Part shown: one piece after another, positions 1 to 13,356 of the stretch
Layout of the letters: each line of letters opens with the position of its first letter
Numbering within the stretch: position 1 is the stretch's first letter
NCBI RefSeq assembly: GCF_001194135.2
Contig: NC_069003.1
Coordinates: 27,978,234 to 28,042,233, forward strand
DNA length: 64,000 bases
Source: Octopus bimaculoides
Lineage: Eukaryota
Direction: 5' to 3'
Notes under the pieces: generated by a model
Told to the model about the DNA's origin: nothing
Seen by the model: the letters and a program-made list of their open reading frames with translations, nothing else
The model's database searches: none
Translations under genes and position numbers: made by a program

Positions 1-1384
1 GCTTTTTATGTGGCACCAGCCCCAGTGAGGTCACCAAGTAACTCGCATAACAAGACTCTCTCAACTGAGAGAGGATATAGTATTGAAGAAGGTTGCTCTA
101 TGCCAGGGGATGAAATGCTAAAGTATGAAAAAGAGACAGGAACAGGTGTCTCACTTTTAGTCAATTCTTAAAACGGACAGAAACATATTAGCCTTAAAAA
201 AAAAAAAAACAGAACACACATACACACCACACATACACAATGGAATTAAGCATTACGATATAAAGTTATTCACTCAATGAATACTTTGTTATTATAATCA
301 TAAGGTAATTATGTTTGTTATTAATTTTAGTCACCCTTATAATGTATCTGTTTAGCCTTTTCAATCATTTTCTTTCCCGTTTTTCCCTTTTAACCTTATT
401 TTGATTACAGATCTTTGTTATTTTTTTGTCTTCGTAATTTGGTTTCTATCTACAATACCCGACTAATTTTCTGTTTCTACATTGGCTTTTAATTATGGTT
501 TCATCTTTTCATTAATTACAATATTTCATTAATTTTTCTATTTGCTCTACTCTCTTATTTCTTGGGAAATCTCTTTTCAGAATGATTTAATATCTTTGAG
601 AGGTATCATTTATGTTAAGAATTTGTGTGTGTGTGTGTGTGTGTGTATGTGTGTGGTGTTATGATACACAGAATTCACCAAAGCATTTTGGTACAAACAA
701 ATAATGTATATGCTTTGTGTGTTTATACAATAGTTATTTTCCCTTGACTCTTAACACTATATGAGGCATTTTTCAGAGCAGTGCAAAGCATGTTTTTGTT
801 TTGTTTTTTTCATATATTTATGATATTAAACATTTACAATAAATGAAATTTATTTCAAGAGAAAGAGAAGAGAGACAATGTAATTAAAACGTTGGAATAA
901 TCAATACCTGTGAACAATAAAAATATGAGATTTTGTTATGAACATTTATAACTAAAGTCATCTTAGCTGCTTCTCGACAGAAATTGAATTGGTGTCACTT
1001 CACTGGTAATGCATCACATATTTCACTGTGACTAATGTGTATATGTGTTAATTTATCTGTCAGGTATTTTATGGTCGTTTATCTGTCAGGTATTTTATGG
1101 CCATCGCTTGTAGCCCTTGATGGATATCAGAGATTTGTCAATACAAATGATATCATCATTGGTGTCCTCACCACACTTTCTGGATTTCTTTTGGTTCATT
1201 TTTAACACTTTATTATTTAAACGAGCCATTGTTGGTGTGTTTACATCCCCATAACTTAGTAGTTTAGCAATAAGAGATCCAATAAAATAAGTACCAGGCT
1301 TAACAAAATTAAGTTTTGTAGTCAATTCATTCAACTAAAAATTCTCCATTGCTGCAGTCTGTCTATCTCTATCTAGGTCATCCT

Positions 1385-1668
1385 GCAGGATGCCCCAAGA
1401 CTGTTTCCACATGTTTTCCCCACTCCTCTCAATCTTCCATAATGATCCTCAGCTCCTGTACCCCTTCCATGCCAGTATTTTCCAGCAAGTTGTTGATATA
1501 GATCATCTTCCTCCTTCTTCTCCTGGTTCTTCCTTCCATTGGTTGCATGTTAGCAATTTCATTGGTGTGTCTGATGCAGTGTCCAGCTAGCCTCATCCTC
1601 CTATGCTGTATCTTCAATGTTATTTTTGATAGTCACTGGTATAAGTCGGCGTTTGTTGTATGACTCTT

Positions 1669-1672
<4 letters not shown>
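1385..1672 (-). mobile_element. RTE-clade LINE, degraded 3' fragment (C-terminus of RT ORF)
   Basis: Minus-strand translation WKSHTTNADLYQ*LSK..KIQHRRMRLAGHCIRHTNEIANMQPMEGRTRRRRRKMIYINNLLENTGMEGVQELRIIMED matches the RTE C-terminal pattern (W..H.TN..LY..L..I..RR.RLAGHC.R). It ends in a TAGA-rich tail. Confidence 0.8.
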
Positions 1673-1714
<42 letters not shown>

Positions 1715-2565
1715 CTTGGCCTAAGTCCTAAGTAAGTTGTTTATTTTCTTTATAGAAGTGTAATAATTTAAATAAATTATTAGAATTCTAGACTTCAAAC
1801 TGAATCTTAATTTGACTGAGACAAATGTCTCATAATTACACCAACAACTGAATACTAGTCTGCCCATAAAACATTAAAGTTATATGAGCTAATGAAGGAG
1901 CTGCTACATGGTTGTTTGATCTGCTGCAAATAAGAGTCAAATTTCCTTTAAATCACACCTTGCTAACTAACAAGAAAAAAAAAAAGGAAGAACCTATTAC
2001 ATGAAATAGTCTGAGTTAAACAATGTCTAAACAAAAGATGTGATCACACAACTGCAATACCATTAACTGTACTTTAATTGAAGTGAGTCGGAGATAGGAC
2101 TAAACAAATACATAAGAGAAATTATCTTTATGTCAAAAGTGTCAGTTCACTCATATAAATGTCTATTTATATTAGTTTGTGTACAATTTATAGCTTTATT
2201 TATTCATTGTTTTGTTTGTCTTTAAGAAATATTAGTCTAAAATGTGCAAATCCTCACCCATTCACACTCCTAGTTCTTTTCTCGAAACCTATTTCTACTC
2301 GCTTCATACCTTGAGGGGTGAGGGAACCATTTGGACACCTCACTACCATTTATCTCATCACAGCTACTACTCATTCATTCTCACTCTCTCCTCTAAAATT
2401 CTTATGACAATAAGGATGGTAATTTATATACATCAAACCAACAAAATGTATATGCTAAGTGTTTGAAATGAAAGTGCTTTCAGTAATTTAAAGCCAGTCG
2501 GATATTAATGCATTCTATTTGACTTTTATGTATATATATATTTCTAAAATGTAATCTTTCTTTAA

Positions 2566-2812
2566 CCCTTTTGCTGCAAAATTAAATTACATGGTTGTTC
2601 CTGAAATGATGTTGAATATCTACCCCCAAAATAGAATTGGTATTTTCTGCCAGTCACTTTACCGCAATAAATTTGATATATCTTGACATAACAGAAAATA
2701 GTTTCAAACATGACATTCCTCAACAAAAGATAGATTCATATGGAAAACTGCTTTTCACAGCTGAATGTAATGAAATTTAATGTGGATATATCCGCTTTCC
2801 ATCGTAAAAGGG
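2566..2812. mobile_element. piggyBac-like non-autonomous element (MITE)
   Basis: TTAA at 2562-2565 and 2813-2816, termini CCCTTTT...AAAAGGG, 247 bp, no coding capacity. Confidence 0.65.
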
Positions 2813-4189
2813 TTAATATAAGTAAACGTTTAATTAAAAGCTTACTTAACACGTTTCAAACTGAGATTAAGAATGAAGACTTTGGAGAGGTTTCACTACA
2901 AGTCTGTTAACATTTCTCTCTAGTTCACTAACCAAACTGGATTCTTTACAGTATTTCAAAGTACTTTACTTATGCTCAAGTATCAATGTTCTTACTCATT
3001 AACTTACAGTAATTTCATTAGATCTTAATTGTTAAAAAGTCTTTGAACTGGACACATGAAAGTTGTTAGAAAAATATCTCTGAAAATCAGAGAATAACAT
3101 TTAAATAAGATTATATTTGTAATCAAAATATTATTTTTAATTATAATTTTTCTATAATTTACATAAATGTTTTAACTATATTTCTTACATTAAAATTGCT
3201 TTATTGCATTTCTTTATTCTGTGTGAATTAAACAGAGAGAGAGAAAAAAAATAATACGTGAAATGTCTAAGTTAATTTAATTTTCTTTCCTTTTCAACTT
3301 ATTGATTTTGTCAAATACTGTATTACTGATCAGAGAAAATAGACCACTTTTATGACATTTTTTTTTTGTTTAGTTTCTGCTATACATTTCATTTGATTTG
3401 TTTTTTGTTTGTTTTTTTATTTTTATTTTGTGTTTGTTTATAAGAGAAGCTTGGAGAAGCTACATATTGTATTAAAGGCGAGGCAAGAATGAATATTAGA
3501 AATATGAAGGAAAATTGATAATTTGCATGTCTATGTTATAGTCATACACATGATTTTAATAAATGTAGGAAATATTTTCTCATGTCTCTCTACACCTACA
3601 AGCACTCAGTGTCTTGTTTTTCACAGTTGTTGCCTACCTCCTACTCATTTCCCCATCTCCAGGTTTCCATATACTCCTACTTCCTCTGTCCCCACTCACT
3701 TCTGTTGACACTGTACCTTGAGGATGACACCTGAGTGTCTCACAATCATTGTTTATCTCATTACATCTATTAGTGATTCATTCTTACTGCCTCCTGTTAC
3801 TGTGGGTAGCCATGTAGCTACTCTATAACAAGAATCTGTTATGGCCCCACCTTTCATATTTTACTCTCTCCTCCCATAACATAAAGCAAAACTCCATTGC
3901 CTTTGGTGTTCATAATCTTGTGATCAGAATAGCGATGGTGGCTTAAAAAATTTAAAAATTAAAGAAAAAACAAAACACCCTGTGCATACTGTAAAGTGGT
4001 CTGTGCCAGAGGGGCATCCAGTTGTAGAAACCATGCCAAAGCAGGCACTGGAGCACAATGCAATCCTTGGGCCCACTAGATCCTGTCAAACCATCCAACC
4101 CATGCTAGCATGGAACATGGGCATTAAATGATGAGGAGGATTTTGCTAATTTCAAAGTACGCCATTCTCTAATCCAATATGATCTGCAT

Positions 4190-4310
4190 CATTAAGGTGA
4201 TGAGCTGGCAGAACTGTTAGCACACCAGACAAAATACTTAGCAGAGTCCATCTTTACATTCTAAGTTCAAAATTCCACCGAGGTTGACTTTACCTTTCAT
4301 CCAAGAACTT
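4190..4310 (+). mobile_element. SINE family B (head GGCGAGCTGGCAGAA), 3'-truncated
   Basis: gagctggcagaactgttagca...ctaagttcaaattccaccgaggttgactttacctttcatcc matches the other family B copies in the window. Confidence 0.75.
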
Positions 4311-5424
4311 GGATTTGAATTAAAGATCGTCTACACCTATATATTTTTTTTCCTTGCCTTATACTTGATTTACATAATTATATATAAACTCACACACACA
4401 TAACAGGCTTCCACACAGTCTCTGTCTATCAAATTTATTTGCAAGGCATTGCCTGACTCAGGGCTATAATATATTGTATGAAGCAGCAACAATGATTGTT
4501 CTATATAAAACATAAAAAATATAGATATGTTCTTTTCCTACAAGCGGTATTATACTAAAACAACAGGCTTCTTTGTGAACTCGATTCAATTATAATTATT
4601 GAAGGCAAGTTTTGTTTTTTAGTCATGATAATGCAGTCACTTCATTGCCATATGCATAAAGTATTGTAGAAAGAGCCTCCTCTCTGAAAGTTATGCTTTA
4701 AAGTGGACCAAATGCTTTTTCATTCTCCTATCAACAAAGAATATTTCTGTGGACATATTAAATACTGGCCCTAATTCATTTTATTGCCTTAATCAATTAT
4801 TTGTACATCCATTGTACTGAATATCAATGAGACTGTTGTGTAACTTGCATACCATTCTAGTTGTTTCCTAATTTGAAACCTGCTGTATTTGTCCTTCCTG
4901 GGGGTTTGTGTGTTTAGTATAAGCGTGTTTAATATTTAATATTAATTTTGTAATTGGCAACTATTGTCTCCCCTCATCTTGTTTGCAGTAATTACGTTGT
5001 TCTTTAAGTATCTAAATAATGCCTGATTGATCTTTGTTAACCTGCAAATAATGCTACATGTGAATTTTTTTATTATTATTCTATTTACACTACATGTTAT
5101 GCAGCTCTGTGTATTACTAATTTAGCATTTTCCAATGTGGTAGAACACTGAAGTTGTGTATTTGTGGGCATTAAGTCAGGTTTCAGATATTTGATGTAGT
5201 AACCACTTCTACCCGATATTAATGAGACAAACTCATTACATTATGTGCAGACTAACATCAACTATATAGATATAGGTATACAGGTGAGTGGACAAACAAA
5301 AGAAAGAGGCATTCAATGTGTTTAGTAGAAGCTTACATATATTATCATATCAAGCAGGAGCCTATGAAACTTCAAGCTGCATGGGATCAAATCAAACTGT
5401 TTTAAACAATAACAACAATAACAA

Positions 5425-5640
5425 TAATTCTTTTTACTAAGGCCTGAAATTAGCAGGGAGGGGACTGGTTGATATAAGCAACCCCAGTGTTTCACTGGTA
5501 CTTAATTTATCAACCCTGAAAGGATGAAAGGCAAAGTTGACCTCGGCAGGATTTGAACTCAGAATGTAGCAAGGGGTAAAACACCACTTAGCATTTTGCC
5601 TGGCGTGCTAACGATTATGACAGCTCACTGCCTTTAAGAA
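5425..5640 (-). mobile_element. SINE family B
   Basis: Reverse complement of head, B-box (gagttcaaatcc), central tttgcctttcatccttt..gataaattaagtacc block and tail; TAA repeats lie beyond the head. Confidence 0.8.
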
Positions 5641-5799
5641 TAATAATAATTGCTTGGGACTGCAAGAGTACTCTGTAGGATTCTTGATCAGTAAACATGT
5701 ATCACCTTAGTCTGCTGGCTGTGGACAGCTGACACTTTCCTTCATACACAGCAAAATAAGCTGAGAGTTTTCATCAAATAATAATAATAATAATATTAA

Positions 5800-5970
5800 T
5801 CCTTTCTATTATAGGCACAAGGCTTGAAGTTTTGTGGGAGGGGACTAGTTAATTACAGGATGAAAGGCAAAGTTGATCTCGGTGGAATTTGAACTCAGTG
5901 CATAACTGCAGATGAAATACCACTAAGCATTTTGCCCAGCATGCTATCGACTCTGCCAGCTTGCTGCCTT
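5800..5970 (-). mobile_element. SINE family B (internally deleted)
   Basis: Same diagnostic blocks, with TAA repeats on both sides. Confidence 0.75.
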
Positions 5971-6134
5971 AATAATAATAATAATTATATATATATATAT
6001 ACACATATACATATATATATATAATATTGGGCTATCCCATAAATAATGCGGTTTTTTATACTTCTATTATTTTTCAAAATTAAGATTAATTTTTTTTTTT
6101 AATCCAAAATATACTCTCCTTCATTTTCTACAAT

Positions 6135-6295
6135 GCTCTAAGTTCAAATTCCACCAAGGTCAACTTTGCCATTCATCCTCTCGGGGTCGATAAATTAAGT
6201 ACCAGTTGCATACTGGAGTCAATCTAATGAACTAGCCCCTTCCCCAAAAATTTCACCCCTTCTGCCTAGAATAGAAAAGATTATTATTATTATTG
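6135..6295 (+). mobile_element. SINE family B, 5'-truncated
   Basis: agttcaaattccaccaaggtcaactttgccattcatcctctcggggtcgataaattaagtacc...(ATT)n tail. Confidence 0.8.
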
Positions 6296-7429
6296 TTGTT
6301 GTTATCAATTTTATGTTCTTTAAGTAAAAGGCAACCCCTTTTAACATTACCCGTGTTGTTAGTACATATCGATTGAGTGAATTAATATTATTTTCACCTG
6401 AAACTCATTTGGTGTACTTTCTTAACATCTTCTTGTGTCAGTTTCTATATACATATATCTAGCGTACAGTTAGAATCAATCTCACATAACTTCATTTGTA
6501 ATGCAGGCTTTTAATATTCTCATTTTGTTTGTTAGAGTCTTGTAGAACAGAGCTGTCTGCTGACATTAATGATACTTAAACTAACTTGAGAATAATGGTT
6601 TCCACACTGAGCAGAATTATGCACTGCCTTCGCAGATTATTGCTATTTATGTTAGACCTTCCACCTGTGACCATATCATGTATTTTTTATATCAGAAATT
6701 ATATTCTCCTGTGACACTTTCCATTTTTGAGATGGTAAACATGGTCTGTGAGAGATTTGGCTTCTTTTTCTAGCAGCCGAAGGACTATATGGAGGCCAGA
6801 GCTGTTAGAACTGGCTTTGGTTTGCATTTAATTTTTGTGCCTATGGTAAAAATCTTAACCCAGAGTGACAAGTAATTCCTAGTTTTGATCTTTAATGTTA
6901 ACCCGTTTCACCTTTAGTAAGTTATTTTCATGAATACTTTCAATTATATATGATATTATGTAATTTATCTCTCTCAATACATCTACAGAATATTTTATTG
7001 ATTGGAGTCTACAACATCTGAAAGATGTTCTGACATATAGCATTGCTCTCTCACATACTCTCTATCTTTTCTGATGACCTTTCCTATACGGCAAAATCCC
7101 AGCATATGTAGGTACAACGACGACCACCACCAACACCACCAGGAATTTAGCGGATGTATGTTTCTTTGGCATGTATTCTGTAGATGACATATTTCTTATT
7201 TGTAAACAGCTTTATTGGTGAAAATAAATCCTGTCCAATTTTGAGGATATCTTTGATACTTTACTTGACACAAGAAATATGCCATTAATAGAAATGGACT
7301 CTTGAATATCAAATATCCATTATCCATTAGATTAACTCAGATATACATCCAGTCACGACTATTAAATGGAGATGGAACATACATAATATGTATAGTAACT
7401 CTCATTAACTGATATAGTCTAACAGAAAT

Positions 7430-7465
<36 letters not shown>

Positions 7466-7821
7466 CAACAGAAGAATCGGAGGAAAGTGGTGAACTGTGT
7501 CAGCAGAAATTATAAAGTGAAGTTTGTGAGTTCAGATGAGCTTGTATGTCAGAGAGAGAGAAAAAGAATCTGACGTTTTGTTAACTGATCCCTTACTTGA
7601 AAGGAATGAAGAATTCTCAACTGAAATGTTTAGAAATCACTGACAGTGTATAAAAGCAAGATGAGAAATAAAGTGTATGAGCAAAAGAAGTGCTTTTAGG
7701 TAATATATTCTGAAGATAGAAGGCAATATATCAGAAGAATTTTTGGGAATGAATAATCCACAAAAGTGAGATCTCAGCGAAATAAAAACCGAGCTGATTG
7801 TAAAATTCTCTATCTCTCACA

Positions 7822-7825
<4 letters not shown>

Positions 7826-7901
<76 letters not shown>

Positions 7902-7950
7902 TTGTGTGTGTATGTGTGTGTGTATTTAGATAGATAGATAGATAGATAGA
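7826..7950. repeat. Compound microsatellite (TG)n-(GATA)n
   Basis: Direct reading. Confidence 0.95.
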
Positions 7951-8323
7951 AGTAAATGTAAGGATATGCATGTTAGGCAGGTCAATATACAAAGTATATT
8001 AAATACATGAACTACAAAAAAAAATGTATATATGTTTCCATATATACTTGCTTATGCTTACATTTACTTCCCTACCTGCTCACACTTACAAACTGGTTAC
8101 AAACCAAAGGGTTTTACATTAAGGTAAGAGGATAATTTTATAACTTCATTAAACTGAAAAGCAATTTTGTTAAACTGAAGAGCAAAAATAAAAATAGGAC
8201 TGCAGCTGGAAGTGCTCAGGTGACACTGAAGCAAAAGGAGAAATAAATTGAAAGGTATAATGAATAAACACTCCAGTTGGAGTGTTTATTCATTATACCG
8301 TTCAAAATATATATATATATATA

Positions 8324-8744
8324 NNNNNNNNNNNNNNNNNNNNNNNNNNNNNNNNNNNNNNNNNNNNNNNNNNNNNNNNNNNNNNNNNNNNNNNNNNNNN
8401 NNNNNNNNNNNNNNNNNNNNNNNNNNNNNNNNNNNNNNNNNNNNNNNNNNNNNNNNNNNNNNNNNNNNNNNNNNNNNNNNNNNNNNNNNNNNNNNNNNNN
8501 NNNNNNNNNNNNNNNNNNNNNNNNNNNNNNNNNNNNNNNNNNNNNNNNNNNNNNNNNNNNNNNNNNNNNNNNNNNNNNNNNNNNNNNNNNNNNNNNNNNN
8601 NNNNNNNNNNNNNNNNNNNNNNNNNNNNNNNNNNNNNNNNNNNNNNNNNNNNNNNNNNNNNNNNNNNNNNNNNNNNNNNNNNNNNNNNNNNNNNNNNNNN
8701 NNNNNNNNNNNNNNNNNNNNNNNNNNNNNNNNNNNNNNNNNNNN
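8324..8744. other. Assembly gap (N run)
   Basis: N run flanked by (TA)n. Other gaps are at 9708-10303, 12478-12487, 14665-15207 and 22588-23122. Confidence 1.
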
Positions 8745-8855
8745 ATATATATTAAATGAACATACCTTCATACATACCTTCACAGTCGTTTTTTTCTGCT
8801 ATTTTGGTGATGATTTTTTGAGTTAGCTTACCAATTATTTTTGTTGGTAGTTAAT

Positions 8856-8892
<37 letters not shown>

Positions 8893-10484
8893 AAGAGATA
8901 GTGGTACAAATAAATATTACGTTTGACATATATAGACATGCACATACACTCATCTATCTATTTGCTGATTAATCAGCATGTCACTGGTCGCTTGTTTATT
9001 TGGCAAACTTGATGAGTTGAGAAATGCATAATGCATTACATAATCTATTGGAGGTCGTGCATACTGCTTACTTGGTGGTACCATGTTTACACTACAATTG
9101 TAGCAATACCAAATTAACAATTTCTCTGCTTTTATTATTTATATATATATACTTGTATGTATAAATGTATTATGTTGGTGGATATAGTAAAATATTTGTC
9201 TTTTGATATGTAGATACTAAGTCTGTTATACTTAAAACGAATGGTGATGTGAAAGTATTTTGGTAACACAGTTATCAATGATCAATTCCATTGATAGCAG
9301 GCCAGTACAGCAGGAGCTCTGCTTAGTTCTCGGAGAATTCTGTACTCAAGGTTTAACTGAGCTGATTGTCTTATTTTTTTCCTTTCCCTTTTTTTCTTTT
9401 CATTTAAATTAATAAGATTATTAACCTTAGTACCACCTACTATAACTATAGCTGAATGTTCTGTAATTAAGCGAAAAAGCCGATTTTTTTTCTGCGTATT
9501 GTTTTTATAAATTGTTTTGATGATATAATTTGCATGGATGCTATGGAGATAAACTGCACATTGTATATGACTAGATCATTCATAATGGCCATGTTTATAA
9601 ACACGATACAAGATTAGTCACCATGACATTGCTGAAGCAATTGTTAACTATGAAATAAAAATAGTATCACAAACACCAATCTTCAATTTACATATTATAT
9701 ATATATANNNNNNNNNNNNNNNNNNNNNNNNNNNNNNNNNNNNNNNNNNNNNNNNNNNNNNNNNNNNNNNNNNNNNNNNNNNNNNNNNNNNNNNNNNNNN
9801 NNNNNNNNNNNNNNNNNNNNNNNNNNNNNNNNNNNNNNNNNNNNNNNNNNNNNNNNNNNNNNNNNNNNNNNNNNNNNNNNNNNNNNNNNNNNNNNNNNNN
9901 NNNNNNNNNNNNNNNNNNNNNNNNNNNNNNNNNNNNNNNNNNNNNNNNNNNNNNNNNNNNNNNNNNNNNNNNNNNNNNNNNNNNNNNNNNNNNNNNNNNN
10001 NNNNNNNNNNNNNNNNNNNNNNNNNNNNNNNNNNNNNNNNNNNNNNNNNNNNNNNNNNNNNNNNNNNNNNNNNNNNNNNNNNNNNNNNNNNNNNNNNNNN
10101 NNNNNNNNNNNNNNNNNNNNNNNNNNNNNNNNNNNNNNNNNNNNNNNNNNNNNNNNNNNNNNNNNNNNNNNNNNNNNNNNNNNNNNNNNNNNNNNNNNNN
10201 NNNNNNNNNNNNNNNNNNNNNNNNNNNNNNNNNNNNNNNNNNNNNNNNNNNNNNNNNNNNNNNNNNNNNNNNNNNNNNNNNNNNNNNNNNNNNNNNNNNN
10301 NNNAAGTTATTGGGATGTAAACACACCAACACCTGTTGCCTGTTGTCAAGTGGTGGTGGTGGTGGTGGTGGTGGGACACACACACACACACACACACACA
10401 CATACGTATACATAAACATGTCAGATTTCTTTCAGTTTCCGTCCACTACATCCACTGACAAGGCTTTGGTGTTTATATTCTGTT

Positions 10485-10640
10485 GCAGGATTACTCATTT
10501 TTACCAGCTGAGTAAGCTGGAACAATGGGGAATGGAGTGTTTTGCTCAAGAACACAATGCATCGCCTGATCCAGAAATCAAAACCACAATCTTACAAACA
10601 TTAGACCAGCACCTTCACCACTAAGCCATGCGCCTCTACA
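10485..10640 (-). mobile_element. SINE family D (tRNA head GTGGAGGCGCGTGGCTTAGTGG), degraded
   Basis: Reverse complement similar to the better copy at 34040-34299 (ttttgctcaagaacacaa...ccactaagccatgcgcctc). Confidence 0.7.
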
Positions 10641-11619
10641 AATGTCAAAATCACCTTCTGTGAATTGCGTATAATTGTTTGACCAACTACTTACATGTCA
10701 TAGGACTGACCTGGAGACTAAATAATAACAACAGCAACAACAACACCATAAGCCTCTTCCAATTACTTACACGTCTTAACATGATCAGCCATGACCAGTG
10801 GAGGTGAAGGTAGCTAAACAATACTAGGAGAAACAGGAATAACAACCATATATTACCTACAGGCCATATGACTTCTTGATCAACAATGACCTGGGTTTAA
10901 TAACAACTACCACTGCATTAATTATATGCCATAGGACTGCTTGACCAAAACTGACCTTGGGCTAAGCAGCAACAACAACAACAACAAAATTCTTATTCAG
11001 TTCTTCTATTACAAACCTAGTTTATGATAAGATTATAATTTCTTGAACTTCATCACAGGAGATGATATCTACAAGGCACTTCAATTAATTTGATCTCTGA
11101 TTATCATTAGGGAGGAAAACAATCAAAACACAGAATTGATGTAATCATCATCATCATAATGTCCACTTTTCCATGTTTGCATGGGTCACACAGAATTTAT
11201 TGTGGAAAATTTTCTATGGCCGGATGCCCTTTCTGTTGCCAACCTTCACCTGTTTCCAAGTAAGGTAATATTTCCCTCAAACCTGGACATGTTTTTATGG
11301 AAGATTGGAAATGAAGGACATCATTTGCCTGACCGTGATGTATATGATATCAAAGCCAGTGACATACTTACATACATAAGCACACACTCACACATAGATA
11401 TTAAACCACATATATATACATATACGCAACAGGCTTTTATTAGTTTCCATACACCAAGTCCACTCATAAGACTTTCGTTGACCTGAGGTAATTGTAAAAA
11501 ACATTTGTGCAAGGTGCCATACAGTGGGACTGAACTTAAAACCATGTCTTTGGGAAGCTAACATCTAACTATATGTTCATGCCAGTAACAATATGGTTAA
11601 CAATCCAAAATGGCCATAG

Positions 11620-11900
11620 TTTTCATCACCATCATCATACCTTAATGTCCGTTTTCCATGCTGGTGTGAATTGGATGGTTTGACCAGAGCTGGCGAGCTG
11701 GAGAGAGCGCGACCAAGTTCCAGTCTGATTTAGCTTAGTTTTTACAGCTGGATGCCTTCCCTAATATCAACCAGTGTACAGTGTGTGAGGAGGATTTTTA
11801 TGTGACACTGGAACGAGTGCTTCTACATGGCACAGGTACGAGTGCTTTTGCCACAGAAAAGCATTTGTGCTGGTGCCACATTAATAATTGATGTCAGGCA
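11620..11900 (-). mobile_element. Repeat family C (RTE-like 3' tail GGAAGGGCATCCAG...(ATG)n)
   Basis: catcatcat...ttttccatgctgg...ggatggtttgacc...cagctggatgccttcc. Related copies lie at about 3990-4140(+), 11140-11340(-), 23520-23640(+), 25440-25515(+), 29890-30030(-), 43095-43245(+), 54600-54715(+) and 60900-61155(+). Confidence 0.75.
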
Positions 11901-12487
11901 TTGTACTAACTTATACTGAGTACAGTAAGTTTGTGGGTTCAGTTTCAGGCCATGTGATACACAGTAAATAAAGAAATGTCCTTCTTCAAAACATTCAAAA
12001 CAAAACTGAAAATGTAGATGCAGATGAGAAGAAGATTAATTATCAAAGGAATATATCTCACTATATTAATAATAATTAATCATCAAAATACAAACTATAT
12101 AAATTGTAAGTTTTGTTGACAATGGGCTGAATTGTACTCCTTCTGTAAATAACTTGAATGAAAATGTAAATATACGTTATTATGTATCATAATGTGCTGA
12201 TTTTCGTTACTTTTTTATGTTTTGGTTGTATTTTGTGAACAATAGTGTCTTAAGTTGCAAATTTCAAATATATCAATCACTATTTTAATGCATTTCTAAT
12301 AGCGAGAATAATATGGGAGTGGCTGTAAATCAGTACAGAACAAATATTGGAAAAGTTTTCTTTGAAGGGGTATTTTCAATATTTGTTCTGCACTTGTTTT
12401 CCATTGCTTTTCAAATGTATGTAAACATACATCAGCAAAATTCACTTTTACACACATGCGTATGTATATATATATATNNNNNNNNNN

Positions 12488-12530
<43 letters not shown>

Positions 12531-13321
12531 GGGGTACAACAAGGCACCGATGTTTACTGGAAATAGCAGCTGATAAATTTACAATGCTAGAGTAAAGCAT
12601 CACTGTGTATATAGTGGCAAAGACATGTGAGGGCAGCAAACATAAAAAATTTCATCTTACCCCTAGGAAGAACATTAGATAAATGGACAACCCAGATTTG
12701 GATAATCTAGAAAAAAGTTTCCAATGAAAAATCAAATATTTTAATACAAATATATTACTTTGTTGAACTGCTAAGTTACAGGGACATAAATATACCAACA
12801 CCAGTTATCAAGTGGTGGTGGAGACATTCACAAAGATACACACACACATATATCTATATATATTCTTGACACTTGCCTAAGGTTTCATACTGTGGGATTG
12901 AACCTCAGGCCACATGGTTAGTAAGAAAGCTTCTTAACCACACATACATACACACATCCATCAGTATCATTGGTTTTTACATCTGCTTTTTCCATGTTAA
13001 CATTAATTAAATGACAGATACCTTTATGACACTGACCCTGTGAAATTTGTTTATGTAGGGCACAGGTAAATGTCCCACTAGCCCAAGTAATATATGGACG
13101 GAAAAACACACACACACACACACACAAACTGCATAGAATTTCATTGGGTGGGTTGTAACTGTAATTCTAAGCTGTAACTTTGTCAAACATTGTACCTGAG
13201 AATTACTTCAAGGGTCCACATGTTTGTGGAATAATCAACCAGCTGCATGCCAATTCAATGAGTAGATTTTTCCTATTGATCAAACAACTGGATTCTCATG
13301 CACTGAAATCAATATAAGCCT

Positions 13322-13356
<35 letters not shown>

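Noticed and set aside
1052-1100. Short tandem duplications (23 bp here; 24 bp at 38366-38417)
   Set aside because: Ordinary slippage duplications with no further structure.
1095-1334. 79-aa ORF as a real gene
   Set aside because: The middle is a SINE family A second-module fragment (aagtaccaggctt...ccccataacttag).
3008-3079. Minus-strand exon with good acceptor and gtaagt donor
   Set aside because: All three frames contain stops, and nothing supports a non-coding exon.
5187-5283. Plus-strand exon ending CAG|gtgagt (also 17116-17156)
   Set aside because: Closed in all frames from the obvious acceptors. A UTR or lncRNA exon cannot be supported from sequence alone.
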